Below, piece after piece: positions 33,406-46,284 of a stretch of 64,000 nt of DNA. The DNA is from Macrostomum lignano (Eukaryota): assembly GCA_002269645.1 (NCBI GenBank), contig NIVC01000004.1, positions 434,001 to 498,000 on the forward strand, written 5' to 3'. The position numbers were made by a program, and so were the translations under genes. The notes beneath the pieces are model-generated. The model made no database searches and had not been told where the DNA came from. It saw nothing but the letters and a program-made list of their open reading frames with translations. Numbering within the stretch: position 1 is the first letter of the stretch; every line of letters starts with the position of its first letter.

Positions 33406-35994
33406 CTGCAAGCAATGGAAGGAAGAACAGTGATGGAATTGGTTGTAATTATTGGAATGGGGGAAGCGGTTAGATACGCACGCATACTGTAAATCCAGCC
33501 CCTGTAGCATTAAAGTAGTGAAACTGCTATGCAATAAACTTTTATAGAGAATTGAGCAAAACCAAACCATGATGATCTGTAAAAAAATCAATTAAATGCA
33601 GTCTATAAAAAGTTTTTTTCTATATTTATAAGATATATTGGCTCTAGAAATTTAAAACATATTAATAGCCTTGTTAAAGCAACAATTATGATATCAATTG
33701 CCCAGGTCACATAATAATTTATCCCAAAAACGTTCTTCTTGGCCTTTTGATACTACTGCTATGCTTATTGGAATTTCTAAGTTTATTTTTTATCAAAATT
33801 GTTTATTATGCAAAATTGCAAATAAACCAAGTAGTACAAACATTTCAACTTCCTTTTTAAAGAGTTTTATCTTTATGTTATTATCAATGTACTAAATATA
33901 AAAAATAGGCATAAATCCTAACATTATGTCAATTATGGGATATAGTTATATAATATGAATTTCTATCGAAATACCAAATGTTTAAATTTATCAAGTTATA
34001 AAAACTATTTATAAATATTAAATTCTTTAATATTAAAAAGAAAACTGATAAATACTTGCAGTTTAATAATTAAGATTGCCACTTTATTTATGACTATATT
34101 AATAAAAATTCATTTATACCTAAGCACTTTCTATATAATTCTAAAGATATATCTATACAATCTCCAGAATTTTACCTAGCATATATGAGCTATAAGTTAG
34201 AGCTATGAGTTAGAGCTATGAGCTAGAGATTTCACAAAAATCTTTTTTGGAAAGCCTTGTTGCAATAACTTATCTGTATATGCAAATATTTTTTCTTTTT
34301 CTTTTTTGTTACTTTGTCACATATATAAGTAAAAAATAAGTTTTCTTTTTTCTTACTATTTCCATGTTTTCTATGGTTTATTTTTATGTCTTTGTCTTTC
34401 ACATGCTTAGAATTTTTGGTGCTTGGAATTTTGGGTAGATAATGAGGCATTTAGCTTTATTAATATAGTCATAGTTATTGTTGCCAATTGCCCAAAATTA
34501 TATTAGCTTTTGCTTAGGTATTTTTCATAAGAAAGTCATACTAAATATAATGTTATCATTTTTATTATTAGTATTTTAGATTAATAGAATCTTATGTGCA
34601 ATACTTATGAGGAACATTTACATATATAAGTGGTCAAAAACAAAGAGCATTTAATAGGCCTAGTTGATGCCAAAGAGAAAAATTTAATTATATACAGAAC
34701 AAAGCTGTTGCAAAAAGCTTTTTATAATATATTACATTTTTGTATAAAATATAAAAATTATATTGCATTAACCATAATAAATTCGGGTTGCACATGTATT
34801 AATAATAGTTTAGAAGTCAACTTTTTAACAGACTAAGTAGTAGTCCATTTTATAAAGTTTAGTAATAGTTTTATACAACTATAATATTATGCCACTCTAC
34901 TATACTATACTTAGTAAGTATATATGGACATAAAAGTATTAATAGTTGTAGATAGCGATGATAGATTTATTAATGATAGACATACTTTTCAAAATTGACC
35001 TATTGTTGTCAACATCTAAAATTAGGCCTACCCTACTATGTCTGTACGACGAAACGTACTGACAAGCAAAAAAAATTGAAACCCGTAACAAAATGTTAAC
35101 TGTTAAAGCTTACTCTGAGTATGCAAACATCTGGCCCTGGCGCATTTGGCTCAAGCTAGGGCTACCGGCTAGAACAATCTCTACGCCTAGCTCCTCTATG
35201 GAGTCATAATCATGATTTGATTTATCTTAGAAAAAGATGGTCACGAAAAATTAAAAAATACAACACGACAATTGCGCTCGCGTTGTTTGCGGGATTTTAG
35301 AGAGTGAGACAATATACTAAAAATGGTCTGTCGGTATGTGTGTGTGTGTATGTGTGTGTGTGTGTGATCGATTTTAGCAAAAACGGCTCAACCGATTTTC
35401 TTCGAACTTGCACTGTTCGATCAGAAATTTTCCCGTGACAGTACATGCATCGTGGCTAAGAAATTGCTTGATGCTAAAGGGATTAAATATTCGAAAAAAC
35501 ATGCTTTTTTGCAAAGGTCAAGCAGCTCTTTTGACTTGAAATGCATCGTAAGAATGCTAGCAGAAAAACTGACTGGTTGAATTCTGATTCTGAAATAGAT
35601 TGCATCACAATACACTTTATTTATCGTCTGTGTACTGGCTGAATTTGACACTCAATTGAATTGCGTCACAGCTTTGAGTGTGAAAGCATAGCGCAGTACT
35701 GAATTTATATTACGTAACCATATTGTAAACTTTCATAGACACTGGTACTGACTTGCCTAAGAAATTGATTATGTCATAACTGCTTCGTGAGACTTTTTAC
35801 TCTACCTGACTTGGTGTGAGTGTTGAATTATATAAGTGGTACAACATCACTGATAACTTCGATGAGAGCTAGCCTAGAGCTGAACAGACCAGACTGCTAA
35901 TGCAGCGACCTAGGTTCGAATCTAAGTAGTTTAAAAGTAGTAGTGTAAAATTTTTTATTAAAAGGTTTTATTAAAGGACTAAATAAAAACACTT

Positions 35995-38900
35995 AGATTA
36001 CTGCACTCGATAAGCCAAGGATTATTGCTATTAATAAACCAAGGACTACTGCACTCGATAAACCAAGGACTATTGCTCTTGGCAAACCAAAGATTACTGC
36101 ACTTGATTAATCAAGGATTATTGCTATTAATAAACCAAGGATTACGGCACTTGGAAAACCAAGGATTACTGCACTCGATAAACCAAGGACTATTGCTCTT
36201 GGCAAACCAAGGATTACTGCACTCAAGAAGCCAAGGATTATTGCACTTGATAACCCGATCAAAAAGAAGTTGTCTTAAGACGTCTTAGAATTGTCTTAAG
36301 ATGGCTAAAGACACCTCAAGACAATTTCAAGATATCTTCCACTTTGCTTCCACAAGCTATCTTGATAAAGTTGTCTTGAAGATGACTTGAAATTGACTTT
36401 TATGAGATGTCTTGTTGAAGACATCTTTAAGACATCACCTCAAAGACTAAAAATTTACATAAACAACTGTTTCTACTGTAAGTAGGAAGTTTCAGATACA
36501 AATTTATCCAGATCGTTAAAATCAATAAAAAATAAAACAAGCAACTATTGTGACATTTATCTAAAAATTTTGTTGTATTGTAGTCTGTGGAAGGTGTGCC
36601 TATTATTAAAAATCCTTTACGCTTTTGGAGTGCAATTATATGCAATTTTTTGTATTGAGTCGTTACAAACTTTGAGACAAAGTTTAACTACAACAGTTTT
36701 GATTGGAGCAAATATATTTACAAAATTCTAAACAGCTAAGCATTAAAAAAGACAAAGTTGCAATATATATCGGTGATGCTTTTGTTAAAAACAGCTAAAA
36801 TCAATATGGCGGAACGACATTTTTAAAAAGGACTAAAAGACAACCTTGTGACCGTGAAGGCCGCCTAATTGTCGAACACTTGCTTCTATCTTTTGTGATA
36901 AGTTTCAATTTTTAATTGGCTGCTATAGCCTATATAGATTTCTGGTGTAAGCCCTACCCTAGATTTATCTTTACTTAATGCGATAGTGTATTACTATTCG
37001 TGATGATACATCTACTATCCTCCAAGTCAAATTAGACCTTCTTAGTAGTATTTTTTACTAATTCTTCCTTGGATAGCTTCTAGGATTGTATTTCATATTC
37101 TAGTGCCAGGTGCCAGCAAAAAATCTAGATTGGCCAGAAATGTTTTTATGCAATAGGCAATTGGGATGCTATGTAACATCCTGACTTAAAAATTACAATT
37201 TTAAATTGGACCTTGGATGCAATGTTTTTTTAGTTACGCCTAGGGCCTACTGCATATCTATTGCTATGCCTAGCACTAGTAAGCACTAGTTAACTAATGA
37301 ATAGTCATGTTTACATTTTAAGTTAGGCCTTAAAAGATTCTTGCAACTCACTACACATGTACTAGGCCTAAAACTAAAAATATATGATTTATTTACTTCT
37401 GGCTTTTTAAAGTCAAAGTTTTATAGATAGTTGTTGAATTGGCTTATTAGGCTATTTTGTTCTGTTGTAGGCCTCTTAGCCTTAGATAGGCCCTAGCTTC
37501 TTCCTTAGGCCTAAATAGTTTTTGTTTTGATTTTTATGTCAAAAGTAATAAATAATTTCCATGAGCCTATAGCTAGGTTTATTTTTTATATGTAGAGTGT
37601 GTATATGCACTTTTAATTTAAAATTGTACCCAGAAATTGAAAATTGCAATTTAGGGACAGTCTTATAACCTGTTTTTCTGTTAAACTTGAAGCCTCATTT
37701 GCATTGCCCTAAATCTAAAATAAGAAAAATAAAAAAATTTGCACTTTGAGCCTTAAAATTGCACTATAAAAATGAGTATAGAGTGCACTTTTGTACCTTG
37801 TCTCTGGCAAAAAAGAAAACCTTGGCCTATAGGCCTTTATATGTTGCTTCCTCTTTGCCTTTATTATTGGCTAATGGCATATATATGATGTTTTCAATAT
37901 ATCAATATTTTGAATATTAGGCCTAGTCATTAGTGCTTTTTTCTTGGCTAGGCCAATGAAAATTTAAATAAGAAATAGATATAGCCTTATAATTTAATAT
38001 TAGGCCTATATCACATTCAAAAATTGGATTAGGCCTAATAGAGAATAAATAGAGTTGGTATGCCTAGAAGTTTTATATAAAATTGATATTCTAATCTTTT
38101 TATTTTGCTTTGAGATTAGGCCCTAAGCTTTAGCCTATGTATTTAAGCCTAAGGCAAAGGTATTGTATAATACACTTGTGTGAATATATAGTAGGGGCCT
38201 AGGCAATTTATTTATTAGATTTTTAAAGTATATTAGTAAAATAATCTATTATTTATTATTTATTGTTTTTTTACTTATGAATTTTAAATTATTTCAGCCT
38301 AACAACCTATAAACTATAACCTTTATTAAACTTATCCTTTTCAGCCTTATCAACACATGCTATCCATCATAGTGGAAGCTAACCTGGATCTTGAATCTTC
38401 CTGGATTGAGCCAATTCTAAACTAGTAGTTGGCTAGCAAAGGATCAATTTACAGCAAGTTTTCCACCAAGCAATGAGCAACTTAGTCATTATTGCATTAA
38501 CCAAGTATTTCCATGCAATGACTGGGTATGATGCATTATAAAATTATACACTTGCACTTGAGTATTTTTGCATTTTTATTTAGTGTATTTTAACTTGTTT
38601 TTGATTCACCATTTTATTGCTTCTGTGACTTTTAAACTGTGTCTTTTATAAAATGAAAATATAAATCATAAATAATAAATTACATTGAACCATGTTTAGA
38701 AGCCTACTAAATAGCTTCTCTTTCATATCAATATTGCCTGAAACGAAACAAAAGAGTGCTGTAATATTTTTAGTCATTTTTCTTTTAAACAACTGTGATT
38801 GCAATGGCAACAGCATTTCTTAAATGATCTTGGGCAAGACGTCTTCTGCAAGTCATCTGGAAGATGTCTTTAAGTAGATTTTAAGATGTCTTGAAGATGT

Positions 38901-40760
38901 CTGAAGACGTCTTTAAGTTATCTCTAAGTTGTCTACAAGTGTTGCAAGGAGCCAATTTTTAGACCGAAATAAGTCAATTGTAAGATGTCTTGAAGACATC
39001 TTTCTGTCTTATGCAAGGCATCTTTAAGACATAATTAAGCCAACTTTTTTTGATCGGGAAACCAAGGATTATTGCACTTGATAAACCAAGGATTATTGCT
39101 CTTGGCAAACCAAGGATTACTGCACTCGATAAGCCAAGGATTATTGCTATTAATAAACCAAGGATTACTGCACTTGGAAAACCAAGGATTACTGCACTCG
39201 ATAAACCAAGGACTATTGCTCTTGGCAAACCAAGGATTACTGCACTCAAGAAGCCAAGGATTATTGCACTTGGAAAACCAAGGATTACTGCACTCGATAA
39301 ACCAAGGACTATTGCACTTGATAAGCCAAGGATTACTGCGCTTGATAAACCAAGGATTATTGCACTTGATAAACAAAGGATTATTGCACTTGATAAACAA
39401 AGGATTATTGCACTTGATAGGCCAAAGATTACTGCGCTTGATAAAACAAGGATTATTGCACTTGATAAGCCAAGGATTATTGCACTTGATAAACCAAGGA
39501 TTATTGCAGTTGATAAGCCAAGGATTATTGCATCTGATAAACCAAAGATTATTGCACTTGATAAACCAAGGATTATTGCACTTGATAAACCAAGGATTAT
39601 TGCACTTGATAGGCCAAAGATTACTGCGCTTGATAAACCAAGGATTATTGCACTTGATAAACCAAGGATTATTGCAGTTGATAAGCCAAGGATTATTGCA
39701 TCTGATAAACCAAGGATTATTGCAGTTGATAAGCCAAGGATTATTGCATCTGATAAACCAAGGATTATTGCACTTGATAAACCAAGGATTATTGCACTTG
39801 ATAAACCAAGGATTATTGCACTTGATAAACCAAGGATTATTGCTCTTGGCAAACCAAGGATTACTGCACTCGATAAGCCAAGGATTATTGCTCTTAATAA
39901 ACCAAGGATTACTGCACTTGGAAAACTAAGGATTACTGCACTCGATAAACTAAGGATTATTGCTCTTGGCAAACCAAGGATTATTGCACTTGATAGGCCA
40001 AGGATTACTGCACTTGATAAACCAAGGATTATTGCACTTGATAAACCAAGGATTATTGCACTTGATAAGCCAAGGATTATTGCACTTGATAGGCCAAGGA
40101 TTACTGCGCTTGATAAACCAAGGACTATTGCACTTGATAAACCAAGGATTATTGCAGTTGATAAGCCAAGGATTATTGCACTTGATAAACCAAGGATTAT
40201 TGCACTTGATAAACCAAGGATTATTGCACTTGATAAACCAAGGATTATTGCACTTGATAGGCCAAGGATTACTGCACTTGATAAACCAAGGATTATTGCA
40301 CTTGATAGGCCAAAGATTACTGCGCTTGATAAACCAAGGATTATTGCAGTTGATAAGCCAAGGATTATTGCACTTGATAAACCAAGGATTATTTCACTTG
40401 ATAAACCAAGGATTATTGCACTTGATAAACAAATATTGCACTTGATAAACCAAGGATTATTGCACCTGATAAGCCAAGGATTACTGCGCTAGATAAACCA
40501 AGGATTATTGCACTTGATAAACCAAGGATTATTGCACTTAATAAACCAAGGATTATTGCACTTGATAAACCAAGGATTATTGCACTTGATAAACAAAGGA
40601 TTATTGCACTTGATAAACCAAGGATTATTGCACTTGATAAGCCAAAGATTACTGCACTTGATAAACCAAGGATTATTGCACTTGATAAACCAAGGATTAT
40701 TGCACTTGATTAATCAAGGATTATTGCTATTAATAAACCAAGGATTATTGCACTAGCTGA
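35995..40760. repeat. 24-bp satellite AAACCAAGGATTATTGCACTTGAT, split into 35995-36253 and 39059-40760
   Basis: Same unit on both sides of the insertion. Confidence 0.95.
36254..39058. mobile_element. 2.8-kb non-autonomous TIR element with CCC..GGG termini and 2-bp TSD (CMC/EnSpm-like)
   Basis: Left CCCGATCAAAAAGAAGTTG; right CAACTTTTTTTGATCGGG; AA on both sides (36252-36253, 39059-39060); AAGACGTCTT/AAGATGTCTT subterminal repeats at both ends; no long ORF. Confidence 0.8.
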
Positions 40761-40879
40761 GAAGCTGATTACTGCGCTGTCTAAAAAAGAGATTATTGCG
40801 CTCGCTGAGACGTGGATTGTTGCACAACCTGAGAAAGCGATTATTGCATTAGCGGAAGTAACATTTGCACTAGCTACTT

Positions 40880-41400
40880 GCTGTCTCGTGGATGCTTGCT
40901 CTCGAGGGGGGATACTTGCTATTTGGGAGAGGGGGTACTGGCTACATGCATGGGATTCTTTCTATCCAGGGATGCTTGGTATTTCAGGGATTCTTGCTAT
41001 CTACAGGATGCTTGCTATTTAGGGATTCTTGCTATCTGCAGGATGCTTGCTATCTGGGTGGATGCTTCTATAATATCTGGGGGGTGCTTGCTATCTGCAG
41101 GATGCTTCTATAATATCTGGGGGTGCTTGATATCTGCAGAATGCTTGCTATCTGAGTGGATGCTTGCTATCTGGGTGGATGCTTCTATAATATCTGGGGG
41201 GTGCTTGCTATCTGCAGGATGCTTCTATAATATCTGGGGGTGCTTGATATCTGCAGAATGCTTGCTATCTGAGTGGATGCTTGCTATCTGGGTGGATGCT
41301 TCTATAATATCTGGGGGGTGCTTGCTAATCTGCAGATGCTTGCTATCTGTGGTGATTCTTGCTATGAGCATTAGAGGATGCTTGCTATCTGCGATTGTTC
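40880..41400. repeat. Degenerate GATGCTTGCTATCT array
   Basis: Direct reading. Confidence 0.8.
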
Positions 41401-43096
41401 ACTTTTGGAGGGGGTTGCTTGCTGTCTTGGGAATATTTTCTATTTAGTGAAACGATATTTTGTTGACTGTTTGTTAATTTTAGAGAAAAAGTGATTTTTT
41501 AATTTTGCAAACATCTTAGTCCGTGACAATTTTACACGAATAAGGTGATTTTTAAAATGTGAAGAAGGAATTAGTGTTTAAGAAAATGTGTTTTTTTATT
41601 GTTTTCCATGAACTATTTTTGCTCCTTTCTTATTGGGCGCCCCGAAGGGGGGCCGCACTAGATTGCTAGTGAGATTCTCAAAACAATACGAGCTGACTGT
41701 AATTCGTGACCATACCGTTGCATCAGCATGGCTACATGTGCAAGTACCCTCAAATATCAAATAAATCCGGTTGAAAATCTTTCCAGCGATTGGTGGCTCG
41801 TTTGCACCGCACTAAGCCACCGTATTTGCTACGTACAAAGTTTGTTATGCCTTCTATGGGTTTATTTTTTCGCCCGGGAAATCATGCCAAATGGGAAAAT
41901 TTTATTTAAGTCACATTTGCTATTTTTAACCCAGATGCCTGGACCCAAAAATAATCATTCACTCTAAAGATGATTCCATGAGTCATTTTTAGGAAATGGC
42001 AAAACCATATAAGATATAAATTTTTCTCAGTGCCTGAAAATCTTATTACACATAGGCACATATAAATACAGAACACAAAATAGAACAAGCTGCTCTCTCC
42101 GCTTAGATATTTCAACGATTTCACCCGGCTATCCTCGACACCTAAGGATCTAATGACAACTGGATAGACTGGATGCGAAGCGAGCAAACGTCGGCCTGCT
42201 GATGGTCCAACACATTACTGCGCCTTGTGGTCGATTCCTGAGTTAGCACACCAACCCATTCCGTGCCGAGCTGCACTGCCCACAGCTGGTGCTGATGTTG
42301 CTCCGGGTTCTGTTCTCGGCTTTTTTCTTTGACCAGGAACAACATGTAGTAGGGAGCGCCATGAGACGCTATATAGCTGTTGTGTTTTGCAATTTTAATT
42401 TGCTGTGTGATGCTAATTAGATGTGTACATACATCGTGACAATTGAGATCACATATAGCTAGGAAGTGTTGCAGTGGATAATGAACTATAGTGGAGTACA
42501 TGTATCTTCGTGTAACGTGTGAAGGTGAATGTGATTCACGAGAGCATGCAAAGGTGTCTTCACTCTGCACATGTAGCTCGTCGTGAAAATATCCTGCTGA
42601 TCAACCGCAGGAGCTGATTACGTACACGATCCTAGCTCCTTAGGCTATAGTAGTATGCATATACATAAATCTATATCATAAATGTACTTAGAATCAGTTT
42701 TGAGGTTCGAAGAACCGTGTTAGTTTGGCTGGTCAAAAAGCTGCAGCGCATAGGCAGGAAGAAAAGCTTAGAAAAACTACTGAAGTGGGGCAGTGGAATG
42801 AATTTACAACAGTACAGTTTACCTAACCTTCTTTTAGATCAGGAGAAGCGGAATGAATGTACGTTTGTACAGTGCCAGCGTATCTGAGCTAATTTGAGGC
42901 AAGGTCCAGCCAACCACAACAATTTCTATCAAGTTCATTGAAGAAAGTAAAGCGCGTGGATTGCTAGGCTGTCGTGGAACGAGATTGAGTCTATATTAGA
43001 GCATGATCCTAGGTAAAACCACGAAAACAACTACCTACAGCTATCGTGATACTGAAAATTTTCAAAAAACAGTAGACACAGTAATTGTTTTCAGCT

Positions 43097-44608
43097 ATGA
43101 CCCATCTCTTGTCGTCATTAGATTTGCAGACAAGTAGTCTCGGTGTGGGTGTACCAGTAGCATTGTTTGGTTGTTACCTAGCCAGCCGATGGTACAGAAA
43201 CAGAAGCTTACCACCAGGACCCGTCGGCCTGCCAGTCATTGGTCGCCTGCCATGGATGGACCAGAAGCAGGCTCACCTGTGCGTGATTGAGATGTGCAAG
43301 CAGTATGGCGACCTGATTTCATATCGAATGGGAAGCCAGCTGATGGTCGCTGTCAACAGCTATGATCTACTCAAGGAGATTATGGAAGACGAAAACTATA
43401 CTGGCCGGCCGCGGCTTCCATTCCTTGACCGCGTAACCCAAGGATGCGGCATCTTCTTCACTGAGGGCGAGTCTTGGTCGCAGCAGCGCCGCCTCGCTAT
43501 GCGGAGTCTTCGTGACTTTGGGTTCGCCCGCACTCGATCCGCTGAGATGGTAGACGCACAAGTAGACATAATCTTCCAACTTTTAGAAGCGGCAGCAGAT
43601 AATGGCGACCATATTCGCACGCTTGAAGCCTTCACTGAGGCCACTAACGGTGTGATTGCTCAACTGACGCTCGGGCGCAGGTACGAGCGGGGTGAAAAGG
43701 AATTTATTTATCTGAATGAAACAATCAAGGCCTTCTTCAACACATCATTCTTGCTCAGCATGCCTCTTTTGTTTCCATCGTTAGACGTCATTGTGAGAAC
43801 CTTGCCGGCTAGTAGTTCTTTCAACAACCTGGTATTCGGTCTGCAGGATTTTGTCCGAAACCAAGTGAACCAGCGCAAGGAGATTGTTGACGACTCAATG
43901 GAACCAGAATGTCTCTGTGACGTGTACATCCAAGAGAGACGCCGCTGTGAAAAACGTGGTGACTATGAGACATTCAAGGAGCACCAAATCGTCCGGGGCG
44001 TTGTGGAATTTTTTGTTGCTGGCACTGATACCACAGCCCGTTCGCTGGAGTGGCTCGTCGTCCTAATGGCGGTCTTCCCAGCGATTCAAGACAAGGTTCA
44101 CGAGGAATTGATCCGCGTCGTTGGCTCGGAGCGGCGGCCCCTAACATCGGACAAGTCTGAACTAAACTACACTCTCGCTGTCATTGAGGAGTCGTTCAGG
44201 TTCGTGTCGCTAGTGGCTATTGGCGTTATGCACAGGGCCAAGCAGGACGCTATCTTTCACGGCTACCGGATTCCCAAGGACTCGATTATTCTGCCATGCA
44301 CCTACGGAATTAACCACGATTCGCGCATCTGGGCTAAACCCGACGAGTTCTATCCGGAGCATTTCCTCAACGAGAAGGGCGCCTACACTGGCCATGGCAA
44401 GAACGTGCCCTTTATGATCGGCCGGCGGGCCTGCCCTGGGGAAGGACTGGCACGTATGGAGGTTCTGCTTGTCTTCAGCGCCATCATGCAGCGCTTCCGG
44501 GTCACACTGGCGCCGGAGTACGTTGGCAAGGAGGCGGAGATACTGAAAGGCTCGTATGGGATTCTCCGCCAGCCCGGGGACTACAAGCTGTCTGTTCAGA
44601 AGCGCTGA
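43097..44608 (+). CDS. Cytochrome P450, clan 2-like, intronless, 503 aa (copy A)
   Basis: LPPGPVGLP, WSQQRR, AGTDTT, EESFR, FYPEHFL, PFMIGRRACPGEGLA (heme Cys); ATG at 43097 follows TTTTCAG. Confidence 0.95.
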   Translation: MTHLLSSLDLQTSSLGVGVPVALFGCYLASRWYRNRSLPPGPVGLPVIGRLPWMDQKQAHLCVIEMCKQYGDLISYRMGSQLMVAVNSYDLLKEIMEDENYTGRPRLPFLDRVTQGCGIFFTEGESWSQQRRLAMRSLRDFGFARTRSAEMVDAQVDIIFQLLEAAADNGDHIRTLEAFTEATNGVIAQLTLGRRYERGEKEFIYLNETIKAFFNTSFLLSMPLLFPSLDVIVRTLPASSSFNNLVFGLQDFVRNQVNQRKEIVDDSMEPECLCDVYIQERRRCEKRGDYETFKEHQIVRGVVEFFVAGTDTTARSLEWLVVLMAVFPAIQDKVHEELIRVVGSERRPLTSDKSELNYTLAVIEESFRFVSLVAIGVMHRAKQDAIFHGYRIPKDSIILPCTYGINHDSRIWAKPDEFYPEHFLNEKGAYTGHGKNVPFMIGRRACPGEGLARMEVLLVFSAIMQRFRVTLAPEYVGKEAEILKGSYGILRQPGDYKLSVQKR

Positions 44609-45581
44609 GCAGTTCGCTTCTCTGCTCCGGTTCTCAAGCTAAGAGCTTGTCTTTTGCCCCTAATTGTCAATCTAACAGCCAAATAATCCTGGACTGTGAC
44701 TACTTACAATGATAACTGGTCATTTTTCGCTTTTAATTTTGTTGAGAATTGGTAAATGGGAATCATGCGCGTTAAAAATTAGCTTGTTTAAATTTCTTAA
44801 ATCATCATTCTTGCTATGTTGTACGAGTGTGGAAAATTCAATCGACATCTGTTCTAAAATAATTTGAAAGAGTAACATTTACTAAATACATTAAGCTACT
44901 TTCTGGATTCATCTTTCCTAAAATGGCTTTCAAACCATTGGGAATCTAAAATGTCGTTGAGGTGACTGAATAATGTTGCTTCGATGTACCTTTGGGTATG
45001 ACCGAATTGTGTGAACAGGATCAGTAGTGTTTGATGCCCCCATGAAATGTTTGTGTTTGCAATCCTGTATTCACACAAAACAAATGAGACGCCAATATCA
45101 TTCGGCCGTATAGGTTTCTTCCATCTCAAGAGACGCAAATGCATGTAGTTGCTCAAATATATTTGGGCTTGAAAAATCATCCTATTGCCCGAAACCCTTC
45201 GCACAAAACTATAAATTTCTGCCTAGGATACTTACAATTGGAGAAAACACTTGTAAGGGTGAAACGAAAATTAATGAAAATTCAGTTATGAATCTCAAGG
45301 AACCCTAAAATTGCAACATTGACAATGGCGGCGTGAAAGCGAGTCAGATTAGCATTGACATTGACATTATGAGAGTACAAATTATGAGCGTGATAAATTA
45401 TGAGTGACAAAATATGACAGTGACAAATTATGAAAGTGATTTCATGAGAGTGACAAGTCACTGTCCGTGCGGAACAGACAACGGCCAGAAAACGTTATGA
45501 AATATTTAAGTTTTGAAGCATGCTTGCATGTGCGAATAATGATATTTTGAGGCTATAAAGCCGGGATTGTATGAGCATATT

Positions 45582-46284
45582 GCATAGAGTTCACACACTC
45601 GCATAGAGTTCACACACTCGCATAGAGTTCACACACTCGCATAGAGTTCACACACTCGCATAGAGTTCACACACTCGCATAGAGTTCACACACTCGCATA
45701 GAGTTCACACACTCGCATAGAGTTCACACACTCGCATAGAGTTCACACACTCGCATAGAGTTCACACACTCGCATAGAGTTCACACACTCGCATAGAGTT
45801 CACACACTCGCATAGAGTTCACACACTCGCATAGAGTTCACACACTCGCATAGAGTTCACACACTCGCATAGAGTTCACACACTCGCATAGAGTTCACAC
45901 ACTCGCATAGAGTTCACACACTCGCATAGAGTTCACACACTCGCATAGAGTTCACACACTCGCATAGAGTTCACACACTCGCATAGAGTTCACACACTCG
46001 CATAGAGTTCACACACTCGCATAGAGTTCACACACTCGCATAGAGTTCACACACTCGCATAGAGTTCACACACTCGCATAGAGTTCACACACTCGCATAG
46101 AGTTCACACACTCGCATAGAGTTCACACACTCGCATAGAGTTCACACACTCGCATAGAGTTCACACACTCGCATAGAGTTCACACACTCGCATAGAGTTC
46201 ACACACTCGCATAGAGTTCACACACTCGCATAGAGTTCACACACTCGCATAGAGTTCACACACTCGCATAGAGTTCACACACTC
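45582..46284. repeat. Perfect 19-bp array GCATAGAGTTCACACACTC x37
   Basis: 703 bp / 19 bp; no variant seen. Confidence 0.97.

Larger units (their letters stand above)
35225..41668 (+). mobile_element. Probable non-autonomous Helitron/Helentron-like element hosting tandem arrays
   Basis: (TG)n followed by AAAAACGGCTCAACCGATTT near 35330-35400 (motif I associate with invertebrate Helitron-like elements); GC hairpin GGC(G)CCCC-GAA-GGGG-GCC at 41636-41653 then CTAG|T at 41665-41669. 5' end approximate; the linkage of the two ends is inferred. Confidence 0.4.

Noticed and set aside
33406-33591. N-terminal extension of the 32395-33591 ORF
   Set aside because: AT-rich, TTG/ATC-type start, and separated from the GC-rich part by a TTGCAG acceptor.
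38974-40492. DKPRIIAL / LSSAIILG / HLINQGLL repeat ORFs (LRR-like look)
   Set aside because: 24-bp satellite open in several frames on both strands; no LRR consensus.
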